This document shows, one piece after another, positions 9,512 to 18,998 of a stretch of DNA of 64,000 nt. A program made the translations under genes and the position numbers. Below the pieces are notes generated by a model that was not told the origin of the DNA, made no database searches, and saw only the letters and a program-made list of their open reading frames with translations. The stretch lies in assembly GCA_963804645.1 (NCBI GenBank), contig CAWDRG010000015.1:96001-160000 (forward strand). Reading direction: 5' to 3'. This stretch comes from an uncultured Bacillota bacterium. GTDB taxonomy: Bacteria; Sysuimicrobiota; Sysuimicrobiia; Sysuimicrobiales; Segetimicrobiaceae. Position 1 is the stretch's first letter, and each line of letters starts with the position of its first letter.

Positions 9512-10570
9512 GTGACACAGGCTGGCGCGGGGACCGTGAGCTTGGTCGGAGACGTGATGATCGAGCGTCCGTTCGCGCAGAGCGGGCGCGGCCGCGAGGC
9601 CGGGTTTCGAGCGGCCCTGGCGGCTGCGCGCGAGGCGGACCTCGTCGTGGCGAACCTCGAAATGCCGCTGTCACGGCGCGGCGTCCGCGTCCCGAAGACG
9701 GCAAGCCTGCGGTCCGATCCGGACGTGATCCAGGACGTCCGGGCGATGGGGATCGACGCGGTGACGCTCGCGAACAACCACCTGTACGACTACGGGCCCG
9801 AGGCGCTCCATGACACGGTCGCCGCGTGCCGTGAAGCCGGCATCGCGTGCTGCGGCGCCGGCGCGGATCTGGACGCGGCGCTGGCGCCCGTGCGCCTCCG
9901 CGCCGGCGGGGCGGCGGTCTCGTTGCTCAGCGTGGCCTGCACGCTCCCGGTGGAGTCGGCGGCGAGATCCGGGAAGCCCGGGATCGCCCCGATCGGGGTC
10001 GGGCACTCGCTCGAAACCGACATCAATCTGTTCGTCGAGCAGCCGGGGACCGTGCCGGTCGTCCACACCTGGGCGTCGCCGGCGGACCAGCAGACCGTGT
10101 GCGACCGCATCGCCGCGCTGCGCGGCGAGGGGCAGGTCGTGATCGTCGGCATCCACTGGGGGGTTCCTGAGTACTGGCTGTCGCCGTCGCTCGGGCGGCT
10201 TGCGGAGTACCAGCGTCCGCTTGGGCATGCCCTGATCGACGCCGGGGCCGAGATCGTGTTCGGGCACCACTCGCACTCGCTCCATCCGATCGAGGTGTAC
10301 CGGGGCAAGCCGATCTTCTACAGCGCCGGGAACTTCCTGTTCGAGGACCCGCGGGCGTTCATGGGGCCCGAATCGATGATCGTGCAGGCTGCCATCGGCG
10401 CGCAGCTGGAGATCTCGATCGTGCCCGTGCTCGTGGACGCCGACGGGTTCCCGGAGGTGGCCGCGGGGCCCGCCGCCGCCCGGGTGCTGGGGCGGCTGGT
10501 AGAGCTGTCTCAATCGTTGGGGACGTCGCTCGAACTCGCGGGCGACCGGGCGCGCCTCATTCTGACGTAA
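9512..10570 (+). CDS. CapA/PGA_cap family metallophosphoesterase-fold protein (no signal peptide)
   Basis: GDVM, NLE, LANNH.YD.G, HWG, GHHSH and YSAGNF motifs. Likely start is GTG at 9512 after GGAGG; 9458 is the alternative. Confidence 0.88.
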   Translation: MTQAGAGTVSLVGDVMIERPFAQSGRGREAGFRAALAAAREADLVVANLEMPLSRRGVRVPKTASLRSDPDVIQDVRAMGIDAVTLANNHLYDYGPEALHDTVAACREAGIACCGAGADLDAALAPVRLRAGGAAVSLLSVACTLPVESAARSGKPGIAPIGVGHSLETDINLFVEQPGTVPVVHTWASPADQQTVCDRIAALRGEGQVVIVGIHWGVPEYWLSPSLGRLAEYQRPLGHALIDAGAEIVFGHHSHSLHPIEVYRGKPIFYSAGNFLFEDPRAFMGPESMIVQAAIGAQLEISIVPVLVDADGFPEVAAGPAAARVLGRLVELSQSLGTSLELAGDRARLILT

Positions 10571-10614
10571 GTCGATCGGAGCACAGTTCGGCAGTCGAGA
10601 AAGGGGAGACTCGG

Positions 10615-12384
10615 ATGAGTCGTGTGGACGAGATTACCGGGTGGAGCGACGGAGCCCTCGAGCGTCGTGTCCTCGACGCGGTGTCGATCAAGGTCCCGTG
10701 GCGCTTGGTCGAGCAGTTCTCCAAGCTCGTGCGCCTCTCGGGATCGCCGGAGGAACGGCGGGCGTTTGAGCTGCTGACGAAGCAGCTGACCGCATGGGGA
10801 GTGCCGCACCGTCTCCACGAGCCGCTGTGCTTCATCTCGATTCCGGGGCCCTCCGGGGTGCGCTGCAACGGCACCGTGTACCGGGCGAAGACGCCGGCGA
10901 TGTCGGTGTCCACGAACGGGGCGGAGGTCTCGGGCGAGCTCGTGTATGTGACGAGCGGCAGCGGACGCAGCGCGTTCGACGTGCTGTCCACCGGGGTGGA
11001 TCTCGCCGGGACGCGGGTGGCCGGCAAGATCGTCGTGACCGAGGGGATGGCGGCGCCCGCCAAGGTGAAGGACCTGATGGAGGCGGGGGCGATCGCCGGG
11101 ATCTTCATCAACCCGGGCCAGAACATTCACGAGGGCATCTGCACGACGATCTGGGGCACGCCCGACCTCGATGCCGCGGTCCGGCAGCCGACAATCCCCG
11201 TCGTCGCGGTCAACCACCCCGACGGGCAGGCGCTCATTCGTGCCGCGGAACGGGGCGGTCGGGCGTCGGTGTCGACGCAGCTCGACACGGGCTGGCGCAC
11301 GATCCCGGTGCTCGTCGCGGAGATCCCCGGCCGCCAGGCGCCCGAGGAATTCGCGCTGCTGCACGGCCACGTCGACGGATGGCACTTCGGCGTCGGCGAC
11401 AACGCGACCGGCAACGCGACGCTGCTGGAGCTCGCCCGAGTGTTTTGGCGCCACCGGCGGAGGCTTGCGCGCTCGCTGCGCATCGCGTGGTGGTCCGGGC
11501 ACTCCCACGGCCGGTACGCGGGGTCGACCTGGTACGCCGACACGCACGGGATCGATCTCGCGAGACACTGCGTTGCCCAGGTGAACTGCGATTCACCGGG
11601 CTGCCGCTGGGCCACGACCTACAACCATCTGACGGCGATGAGCGAGACGGTACCGCTCGTCGAGGCCGTGATCCGCGGGACGACCGGCATCACCCCTGAG
11701 CCCGAGCGGCCGCCGCGCGCGGGCGACTATTCGTTCAACGGCATCGGGCTGTCCTCGTACTTCATGCTGAGCTCCACGATGTCCGAGGAAGACCGCGCGG
11801 CGCGCCACTACTACGCGGTCGGCGGGTGCGGCGGCAACATCGCGTGGCACACCGAGGACGATCTGATGGACATCGCCGACCGGGACAACCTGCTGCGGGA
11901 CATGCGCGTCTACGCGGCGGCGGTGCTGCGGACGCTGAACGCCCCGGTCCATCCGCTTGACTGGACGCGGACCGCCGCGGAGTTCCGCTCGACGCTCGAT
12001 GGGTACCGGCAGGCCGCGGAGCCTGAGTTCGACTTCGCCCCTGCGTTGACCGCGCTCGATGAGCTGGACGGGACCCTCGCCGAGTTTTACGCCAAGGCGC
12101 CCGCCCGCGGGAGCGCCCGGACTGCGGCGGTGAAGCGCTTCAACGCGGTCCAGCGGCGTCTCGGACGACTCCTGATCCCGGTGAACTACAGCCGGATGCC
12201 GGCGTTCTGGCACGATCCCGCGGTGAACGTGGCGCCGCTCCCGGATCTCGCGCCCGCGTCGGCGCTGCCTCGGGCCGCGGGGCGCGCCGACCAGCTCGGG
12301 ATGCTCCGAGCGCATCTGACGCGCGGACAGAATCGCCTGGTCTGGACCCTGCAGCAGGCCCGAGAGGCGGCGGGCGGGTCGTGA
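10615..12384 (+). CDS. M28 family peptidase with PA-like insert, 'GHSHGRY' variant
   Basis: HGHVD, DNATG, WWSGHSHGRYAGSTW, NCDSPG and WHTEDD motifs. Confidence 0.85.
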   Translation: MSRVDEITGWSDGALERRVLDAVSIKVPWRLVEQFSKLVRLSGSPEERRAFELLTKQLTAWGVPHRLHEPLCFISIPGPSGVRCNGTVYRAKTPAMSVSTNGAEVSGELVYVTSGSGRSAFDVLSTGVDLAGTRVAGKIVVTEGMAAPAKVKDLMEAGAIAGIFINPGQNIHEGICTTIWGTPDLDAAVRQPTIPVVAVNHPDGQALIRAAERGGRASVSTQLDTGWRTIPVLVAEIPGRQAPEEFALLHGHVDGWHFGVGDNATGNATLLELARVFWRHRRRLARSLRIAWWSGHSHGRYAGSTWYADTHGIDLARHCVAQVNCDSPGCRWATTYNHLTAMSETVPLVEAVIRGTTGITPEPERPPRAGDYSFNGIGLSSYFMLSSTMSEEDRAARHYYAVGGCGGNIAWHTEDDLMDIADRDNLLRDMRVYAAAVLRTLNAPVHPLDWTRTAAEFRSTLDGYRQAAEPEFDFAPALTALDELDGTLAEFYAKAPARGSARTAAVKRFNAVQRRLGRLLIPVNYSRMPAFWHDPAVNVAPLPDLAPASALPRAAGRADQLGMLRAHLTRGQNRLVWTLQQAREAAGGS

Positions 12385-12684
12385 GGGTGTTCGACGGGGC
12401 CGGGAGATGCCAGGGGCGCGCCGGCCGCGACCACGGATGGAGCGTGCTCTCGGGGAGATCGCGGACGGCGTGCGTGTAGCACACGACTTCGGGATGCGCG
12501 AGTACGTTGCGCGGTAGTCCAACGATCGGACCTGGGATCTCCGCGGCCGGGCGCATGCGTCGATGCCGGTGCAGCCTCATCTCTGGTGGTCGATGAACCT
12601 CGGCGTCCGGGTGGAGAACGATCAAGCCAGACGGTGCTTCATGCACCTCGATTCCATCGTCTTGTCCACGGAGGCGTAACGCCG

Positions 12685-13023
12685 ATGCCGCTCACCTCAT
12701 ACACGGCTGTGGTCGAACGCGCGACCCCGCTCGCCGGGACGTTTGCGACGGAGCCGTATGAAGTCGCGTGGGCGCGTGAGGTCCTGGTGTTCATTCGAGT
12801 CCGGGAAGACACGCAGGGGCGTCCGGCGGTGCAGGCTCGGATCCAGATCTCGCCGGACGGGATGCACTGGGTCGATGAGGGAACCGCGTTCGCGCCGATC
12901 GAGGGCCCCGGCGTCGCCTTCGTCCGCGTCACCCAGTTCGGCAACTGGCTGCGCGTGGCCGGGCAGGTCAGCCCGGACGGCGCGGCGGCGAAGGCCCTGA
13001 TCTACTTCTGCTTGAAGGAGTAG
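12685..13023 (+). CDS. small beta-rich hypothetical protein (possibly DUF6385-like)
   Basis: GGAGG RBS and motifs TEPYE.AWA and QISPDG.HW. The family name is recalled from memory only. Confidence 0.7.
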   Translation: MPLTSYTAVVERATPLAGTFATEPYEVAWAREVLVFIRVREDTQGRPAVQARIQISPDGMHWVDEGTAFAPIEGPGVAFVRVTQFGNWLRVAGQVSPDGAAAKALIYFCLKE

Positions 13024-13123
13024 GGCGTCACGCGCTCGAGTCGCGCGCGCACTCGCGTGATGGCGTTACATGGCCCTGACCGGGCGCCGCGTTGCAGAGA
13101 GGATCTCTCGGCTCGCATCGCGC

Positions 13124-14116
13124 TCAACGCTGCGGATTAATCTGGCGCAGCGCGGGGAGCACGTCCGTCCCGAGGATGTCGAGGGTGGCCTCCTGGTCGA
13201 CCGATGTGACCTGGACCGTGACGATGTCCGCCCCGACCTCGACCAACGGTCGGTACACCTCCACCAACTCCGCGGGCGTGCGGGCCCACGCGTACTTAGC
13301 GATGATCTCGCGGCGGTCCATCGAGTCGGCCCGCTGCCGGAGGACGGCCGGGTCCACCTCGTCGAGCCGGCCCTCGACGCGGAGGCCCCGCCACGCGGCG
13401 AGCGCCTGCCAGGCTTCCTCCTCGGTGCGGGCGAGGATCGACCACCGCTGGGCGACGACCGTCGGCGTCGGCCGGCCCGCCTCGCGCGCGGCCTGCCGGA
13501 AGGGATCGATGACCTGCTGGTGCGCGTCGACCGGGTCCTTGACGCTGACGATGAGCCCGTCCGCGAGCCGGCCGGCCATCGCGGCGGACTGCTTGCCGCC
13601 GGCCGACATCCAGATCGGGACGTAGCCGCGCGGAGGGCTGTAGAGCTTGGCGGCGCGCGTCCGATAGTGCTCCCCGGTGAAATCGAGCTTCTTCCCGTCG
13701 AGGAGGCCGCGCATGATCGCGATCGCTTCCGCCATGCGGGCGGACCGTTCCTTGTACCCTGGGAAGTCCCAGCCGAGGGGGCGTTCGTTGATGCCTTCCC
13801 CGCTGCCGATGCCGAGCGCGAACCGGCCGCCGGACAGCCGGTCGACCGTGGCCGCCGCCTGGGCGACCAATCCCGGATGGTAGCGGAAGAGGGGGCAGGT
13901 CACGGCGGTGGCGAGGCGCACGTGCCGGGTGCGGACGGCCGCCGCGCCGAGCCAGGTCCACGCGGCGCCCGCCGCCGACGCGTCATCGACCCACGGGTGG
14001 AAATGGTCGGAGACGGTGAGGGCGTCAAACCCGACGTCCTCGGCGCGCACCGCGTGCTCGAGCAGGACCTCGGGCTGGAACTGCTCGGTGCCGCAGAAGT
14101 AGGCGAATGCTGGCAT
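13124..14116 (-). CDS. F420-dependent LLM-class oxidoreductase (G6PDH/TIGR03557-like)
   Basis: EQFQP, SDHFHPW, TAVTCP..RY.P..VAQA.AT and GIGSGE.INE motifs. GAGGAGG RBS. Confidence 0.88.
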   Translation of the reverse strand: MPAFAYFCGTEQFQPEVLLEHAVRAEDVGFDALTVSDHFHPWVDDASAAGAAWTWLGAAAVRTRHVRLATAVTCPLFRYHPGLVAQAAATVDRLSGGRFALGIGSGEGINERPLGWDFPGYKERSARMAEAIAIMRGLLDGKKLDFTGEHYRTRAAKLYSPPRGYVPIWMSAGGKQSAAMAGRLADGLIVSVKDPVDAHQQVIDPFRQAAREAGRPTPTVVAQRWSILARTEEEAWQALAAWRGLRVEGRLDEVDPAVLRQRADSMDRREIIAKYAWARTPAELVEVYRPLVEVGADIVTVQVTSVDQEATLDILGTDVLPALRQINPQR

Positions 14117-14164
14117 CGTATCCTCCTCACGTGCTGGCATCGTGTTCGTCTGGTCTGACGAGGG

Positions 14165-15898
14165 TCACGGGGCGAGTGCGTCAAGCGTCGCGTCGATTTC
14201 GCGCGTCGCATCCCGCAGCGCGGCAGCCACCCGGTTGGACTCGCGGAGCACCTGCGCCCGCAGAAACCCGTAGGCAGGCTGCCCGTCGAGTTGCGGCAGT
14301 CCGGCGGCCTTGCCGAGCGCCGCAAGGGTGGACGACGTGGTGGCCCGCATGATGGGCGACCACTCCGCGGGATCGTGCTGGAACCGTCCGCCCTGACTGT
14401 AGATCACCGACGTGACGATCCGGCTGATCCGGATCAAGGCCGCGTTCAGCCGCTTCCGGGCCCGCTCGCTCCGCGCCGTTTCTCTGGCGTCTTCCAGGCG
14501 CGCCGCCGCGGCGCCAAACGCGTCTGCCTCCGCGCGGAGCTGCGAGAGATCGAGGTGCCGGCCGGCGCCCTCCTGGATTGCCGCGAGCGCGCGGCGGATG
14601 TCGGCGGCCGTGTCGACGTGGTGCAGCGGCAGGACGGCGGCGTTCGCGAGGTCGATCATCGCCGTGAGCGAGACGCGGGTGTCCAGCGCCAAAATCTCGA
14701 CGTCGGCCTTGTCGAGCGTGTCAAACTCGGTGTGCCACCACCACGCGTTGGCCGCCCCGCCGGTCCACGGGCGGAAATCGGGGTGGCCGTCCGGGAGAAA
14801 CGGATAGGTCGAGAACGCCGGGACGCCGTTCGCCAGGAATGACTGATCGGCCGCGCGGGAGGGCCGGTGAACCGGCGCGTCCGCCTGTCCGGTGACGCGC
14901 GCGATCGTCGCGCGGCAGAACCGCTCGATCTCCGCGGTGGTGTGGCGCGCCACGTAGCGGGTGGCGCCGCGAACGCCGGGGGAATCGACGTTGTGGTAGG
15001 CGAGGCAGTGCTCGGCGAGATCCTGGAAGAACCGGTCCGCGTACCACGTGGAGCCGGCGTATCGGCCGTGCGAGTGCCCCGGCCACCAGCACACGCGCAC
15101 GCTGCGCCGGAGGTCTTGCCGCCGCTCCCAGAGGATCCGCGCCATCTCCATCAGACACGCGTCGCCCGTCGCGTTGTCGGTGATCCCGGCGTGCCATGAG
15201 CAGTAGTGCGCGCCCACCATGACGAACAGCTCGGGCTCGTCCGTGCCGGGAATCCGCACTTCCGGCAGCCGCGACGGCGTCCACCCGGTCTGGACCTCGG
15301 CCGTGACCTTGACCCGCACGCGGTCGCCGCGGCCGAGCAGGCGCTTGAGCGCGTCCCCACTCTCTTTGTTCACCGAGACCGCCGGGACGTTCGGCAGCCG
15401 GTCGAGCTGATCGAGCCCGGGGGTCCCCCAAATCGTGGTGCCGATCATGTTGTGGATGACGCGGTCCTGGTTGGCAAAGATCACCGCGGCGCATCCCGCC
15501 CGCGTCGCGCGCAGGATCGTGACCGGCGTCGCCAGTCCGTCGATCAGCACGGCCTGCCCCGCCGCGCGCGTCACCTCGGCGTCCGGCAGGTACACGAGAT
15601 CGGCGACCACCCCGTCGAGGCCTGTGTCCCGCCCGAACGAGTGGGTGGCGCACCGCAGGGACGTCGGCTCGGGTTCGAGGACGTCGAGCGTGGCGCGGAT
15701 CGGGTAGCTCAGGTAGGCCGGGAACTCGTGCACGGTGACCGGCACGCCCGCGTCACGCATCCGGTCCGCGATGTACGCCGCGGCCTTGGCCTCTCCCGGC
15801 CCCCCCGTGTCGCGGCGCACTTCCGCGAACCACTCGAGGTCTGCACGCAGCCGCGCGGTGCTCACCGCGCGCGCCGCCGCCTCCGCCTCCGCGCTCAC
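14165..15898 (-). CDS. second M28 family peptidase, 'GHSHGRY' variant (paralog of 10615..12384)
   Basis: GAHYC, DNATG, WWPGHSHGRYAGSTWYAD, NVDSPG and WWHTEFD motifs, plus TTIWGTP shared with the paralog. GTG start after GGAGG. Confidence 0.85.
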   Translation of the reverse strand: MSAEAEAAARAVSTARLRADLEWFAEVRRDTGGPGEAKAAAYIADRMRDAGVPVTVHEFPAYLSYPIRATLDVLEPEPTSLRCATHSFGRDTGLDGVVADLVYLPDAEVTRAAGQAVLIDGLATPVTILRATRAGCAAVIFANQDRVIHNMIGTTIWGTPGLDQLDRLPNVPAVSVNKESGDALKRLLGRGDRVRVKVTAEVQTGWTPSRLPEVRIPGTDEPELFVMVGAHYCSWHAGITDNATGDACLMEMARILWERRQDLRRSVRVCWWPGHSHGRYAGSTWYADRFFQDLAEHCLAYHNVDSPGVRGATRYVARHTTAEIERFCRATIARVTGQADAPVHRPSRAADQSFLANGVPAFSTYPFLPDGHPDFRPWTGGAANAWWWHTEFDTLDKADVEILALDTRVSLTAMIDLANAAVLPLHHVDTAADIRRALAAIQEGAGRHLDLSQLRAEADAFGAAAARLEDARETARSERARKRLNAALIRISRIVTSVIYSQGGRFQHDPAEWSPIMRATTSSTLAALGKAAGLPQLDGQPAYGFLRAQVLRESNRVAAALRDATREIDATLDALAP

Positions 15899-15944
15899 CT
15901 GACACCTCCGTTGGTCGACACGGCTCGCCTCACCCGGATCCGCG

Positions 15945-17060
15945 TCAGCCTCGCGCCCGGAACTCCGCGGTCCGCAGCGTGTACTTCTCGACGAGCCGGT
16001 CCACGACCGCGACGCCGAGCCCCGGGCCGGTGGGGACGTCCACCGTGCCGTCGGCATTCACCTCGAACCACGGCTCGATCAGATCCTCATGGAAGTAGCG
16101 CCGGCTCGCGCCGAGGTCGGCCGGCAGCGTGAAGTTCGGCAGCGAGGAGAGCGCGACGTTCGCCGCGCGGCCGATCCCCGTTTCGAGAAAGCCGCCGCAC
16201 CACACGGGGACGGCGCGCTCCTGGCATACGTCGTGGCAGCGAAGCGCCTCGGCGAGCCCGCCCATCCGTGCGGCCTTGATGTTGATGATCCGGCAGGCGC
16301 CGAGATCGTGCGCCTTGCGGGCGTCCTCGGCCGAGCAGATGGACTCGTCGAGGCAGATCGGCGTCTCGAGCTGGCGCTGCAGCGTCGCGTGGTCGATGAT
16401 ATCGTCGTGGTCGAGCGGCTGTTCGATCATCATCAAGTCGTAGGTATCGAGCGCCCGCAGCCGTTCGACGTCCGCCAGTGTGTACGCGGTGTTCGCATCC
16501 ACCTGCAGGCCGATCATGCCAAACCGGCCGCGGATGGCATCGACGACTTCCAGGTCGAACCCCGGCTTGATCTTGATCTTGATGCGCTGGTAGCCCTGCG
16601 CCAGCCACGTCTCGATCCGCGCGAGGACCCGGTCGATCGTCGGCTCGATGCCGACGCTCATGCCGACAGCCACCGACGTCCGGGTGCCGCCGAGGGCGTG
16701 GGCGAGCGATACGCCCTGCGCCTCGGCCCACGCGGCCCACGCCGCCGACTCCACGCCCGCCTTCGCGAGGTAGTTCCGGCGCACCGGATGCAGCCACTCG
16801 GAGACCTCGCGCGGGTGCGCGAACGTGCGGCCGAGCACGCGCGGGATCACGAACTCGGTGAGGATCGGCCACGCGGTGTCGACGGTTTCCTCTTTATAGT
16901 ACGGTTTGGCGGTCACCGGCGACTCGCCCCACCCCGTGACGCCGTCGGCCCATAGCCGGACGAGGAGGCAGTCTTTGTTCTCATCGCGGTCGACCGACGT
17001 CTCGAACGGAAACACATACGGCATCCGGATCTGGCGGAGTTCGACGCGCTCGATGTTCAC
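15945..17060 (-). CDS. N-succinyl/N-acylamino acid racemase / o-succinylbenzoate synthase (NSAR/OSBS, enolase superfamily)
   Basis: PFETS, GWGE, RIKIKIKP (KxK), DANTAY, IEQP, LDES, INIK and WCGG.LETGIG motifs. No other men genes nearby, so menC is not assigned. Confidence 0.88.
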   Translation of the reverse strand: MNIERVELRQIRMPYVFPFETSVDRDENKDCLLVRLWADGVTGWGESPVTAKPYYKEETVDTAWPILTEFVIPRVLGRTFAHPREVSEWLHPVRRNYLAKAGVESAAWAAWAEAQGVSLAHALGGTRTSVAVGMSVGIEPTIDRVLARIETWLAQGYQRIKIKIKPGFDLEVVDAIRGRFGMIGLQVDANTAYTLADVERLRALDTYDLMMIEQPLDHDDIIDHATLQRQLETPICLDESICSAEDARKAHDLGACRIINIKAARMGGLAEALRCHDVCQERAVPVWCGGFLETGIGRAANVALSSLPNFTLPADLGASRRYFHEDLIEPWFEVNADGTVDVPTGPGLGVAVVDRLVEKYTLRTAEFRARG

Positions 17061-17071
17061 GGTCGTGCCTC

Positions 17072-17950
17072 CTACTGAACGAGTAGGTACACCACGCGGG
17101 GGCCGCGCCCGTCCGGAAACCGGACCGCCTCGGTCACGGTATACCCGCGTGTCAGGTAGTGCCGAAACGCCGCCCGGGTTGCGTCGCGCCACCGCAGCGC
17201 GACGTCCGGCCGCGCGGCTTTGAGCCCGGTGAGGTCGCGCGGAATCTCCACGAGCAGCGCCCGCGCCGCCAGGCTCACGTCCGGCGGGCGGGGGGACGCC
17301 AGGCCGGCGTCGTGGTCGTCCGCCTCTTCGGCGGCGACCGCCCAGGGCAGACCGGAGGGCAGCCGGGGCGCGCCCTCGCCTGCGAGGCGGGCGAGGACCC
17401 GGGACGACCGCAGCTGCCAGTCGATCTCGAACCGGTCGCTCGGCAGTCCGTGGTTGATCGCGTCGTTCATGATGCCGTAGTAGTCCACGTGGTACCGCCG
17501 GGCGATCCCGCCGAGGCGGGTGAAGTTGAACCGCGCATTCCCGGCCTGCAGCGGGTCGTACGTCCACACGATCTCATCCAGACCTGCCGCGAGTGCGGCG
17601 TCCCGCTGGGCGCGCTTCAGGCGGAGCCCCAGGCCCATCCCCTGCGACGCCGGCACCACGCCGGCCATATGCGAGTACCACAAGGCGCGGCCTCCACGCC
17701 AGGCCGGAAACGCGTAGGCGAATCCAACGAGCCCGCCGTCCGGACCGAACGCGCCGAGGACGAGGCCGCCGGCCGAGACCGCGGCCACCAACTGCGTGAG
17801 CGGCACGATATCAACCGGCGGAAACCGCCAGATCTCGGCCTGGAGCGTCTCGCACAGGCGAAGCGTCTCGGCATCCCGGATCGGGCGGATGGCGTACGCG
17901 TCCGCGGGGTGCGTCGGGACGCCGCGGGCCGCGCCGCCGCGGTCAGCCAA
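17072..17950 (-). CDS. GNAT acyltransferase of the type that accompanies NSAR (putative D-amino acid N-succinyltransferase)
   Basis: YSHMAGV, G.G..LK.AQR, WTYDPL...NA.FN..RLG and YYG...D.....LPSDRF...W motifs. Directly upstream of NSAR. Confidence 0.82.
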   Translation of the reverse strand: MADRGGAARGVPTHPADAYAIRPIRDAETLRLCETLQAEIWRFPPVDIVPLTQLVAAVSAGGLVLGAFGPDGGLVGFAYAFPAWRGGRALWYSHMAGVVPASQGMGLGLRLKRAQRDAALAAGLDEIVWTYDPLQAGNARFNFTRLGGIARRYHVDYYGIMNDAINHGLPSDRFEIDWQLRSSRVLARLAGEGAPRLPSGLPWAVAAEEADDHDAGLASPRPPDVSLAARALLVEIPRDLTGLKAARPDVALRWRDATRAAFRHYLTRGYTVTEAVRFPDGRGPRVVYLLVQ

Positions 17951-18998
17951 CGAGCGTGTGCGCCTCCTCGACGAAGGCCCCCACCAGCCGGATCGCGCCC
18001 TCCACGTCGCTCATCTGCAGCAGACTGAGCGGGGTGTGGATGTAGCGGCACGGGACCGAGACGCCGCCCGCGAGCACGCCGCCCCGGCTCAGATGGATCG
18101 CACCGGCGTCCGTGCCCCCGTATCCTCCCGGTGTCTTGTACTGATAGGGGATGCCGTGCGCGTCGGCGATCCGCTCCAGGGCGCGCGCCATCTGGGGCCG
18201 GACGATCGTCGAGCGGTCCGCCAGCGACACCGCCGGACCGTTCCCGAGCCGGGTGATCTGTCGTGCGCCGGTGACGCCCGGCACGTCCGCCGCGATCGTG
18301 CCCTCCAGCGCCAGCGCGATCACGGGGTCGATCTGATACGCGGCCGTGTGCGCGCCGCGCAGGCCGACTTCTTCGCACACCGCGAAGTTGCACGTCACCG
18401 TGAGCTCGGGCGTCCGATCCGCGAGGGCGCCGAGCACCTGCAGCATGATGGCGCAGCCCACGCGGTCGTCGAGCGCTTTGCCGAGCACGCAGCCGTTCGG
18501 GAGCGCTTGAAACGGATACGCGAGCGTCGCCGGGTCGCCGATGCGGATGCCGCGCTGCGCCACGTCGTCGGCCGACCCCGCGCCGACGTCGATAAACAGC
18601 GCCTCCACGGGGATCGGTTTGGCGCGCTCCTCGGCGCTGAGAATGTGCGGGGGCAGGGTCCCGATCACCCCGCGCGCCAGGGCGCCGTCGCGCGTACGGA
18701 TTGTCACCCCCTGCGCCGGCAGCACGCGCGCGTCCCATCCGCCGATCGTCGCGAACCGGAGAAACCCCGAGTCCTCGATGTGGTTGATGATGAAGCCGAT
18801 CTCGTCCATGTGGGCGTCGATCATCAGCGTGCGGGGGGACCGTCCGCGCCGCGTGGCGATCAGGTTGCCGAGGACGTCGGTCCGGACCTCGTCGGCGTGC
18901 GCGGCGGCGAGCGGCTGGATCACGTCCCGCACGTCGTCTTCGAAGCCAGAAACCCCGAAGGTGTTGGACAGTGTTTCCAGTAGCGCGAGCGTCTCCAT
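17943..18998 (-). CDS. M42 family aminopeptidase
   Basis: AHMDEIG, GKALDDRVG, EEVGLRGA, GGTDAG and RYIHTP motifs. Confidence 0.92.
   Translation of the reverse strand: METLALLETLSNTFGVSGFEDDVRDVIQPLAAAHADEVRTDVLGNLIATRRGRSPRTLMIDAHMDEIGFIINHIEDSGFLRFATIGGWDARVLPAQGVTIRTRDGALARGVIGTLPPHILSAEERAKPIPVEALFIDVGAGSADDVAQRGIRIGDPATLAYPFQALPNGCVLGKALDDRVGCAIMLQVLGALADRTPELTVTCNFAVCEEVGLRGAHTAAYQIDPVIALALEGTIAADVPGVTGARQITRLGNGPAVSLADRSTIVRPQMARALERIADAHGIPYQYKTPGGYGGTDAGAIHLSRGGVLAGGVSVPCRYIHTPLSLLQMSDVEGAIRLVGAFVEEAHTLVG

Noticed and set aside
9512..10570. Poly-gamma-glutamate capsule biosynthesis locus
   Set aside because: capB/capC are absent and the protein lacks a membrane anchor.
15945..17060. 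menC as part of menaquinone biosynthesis
   Set aside because: No other men genes are nearby, and the GNAT/peptidase context fits the racemase role. OSBS side activity is not excluded.
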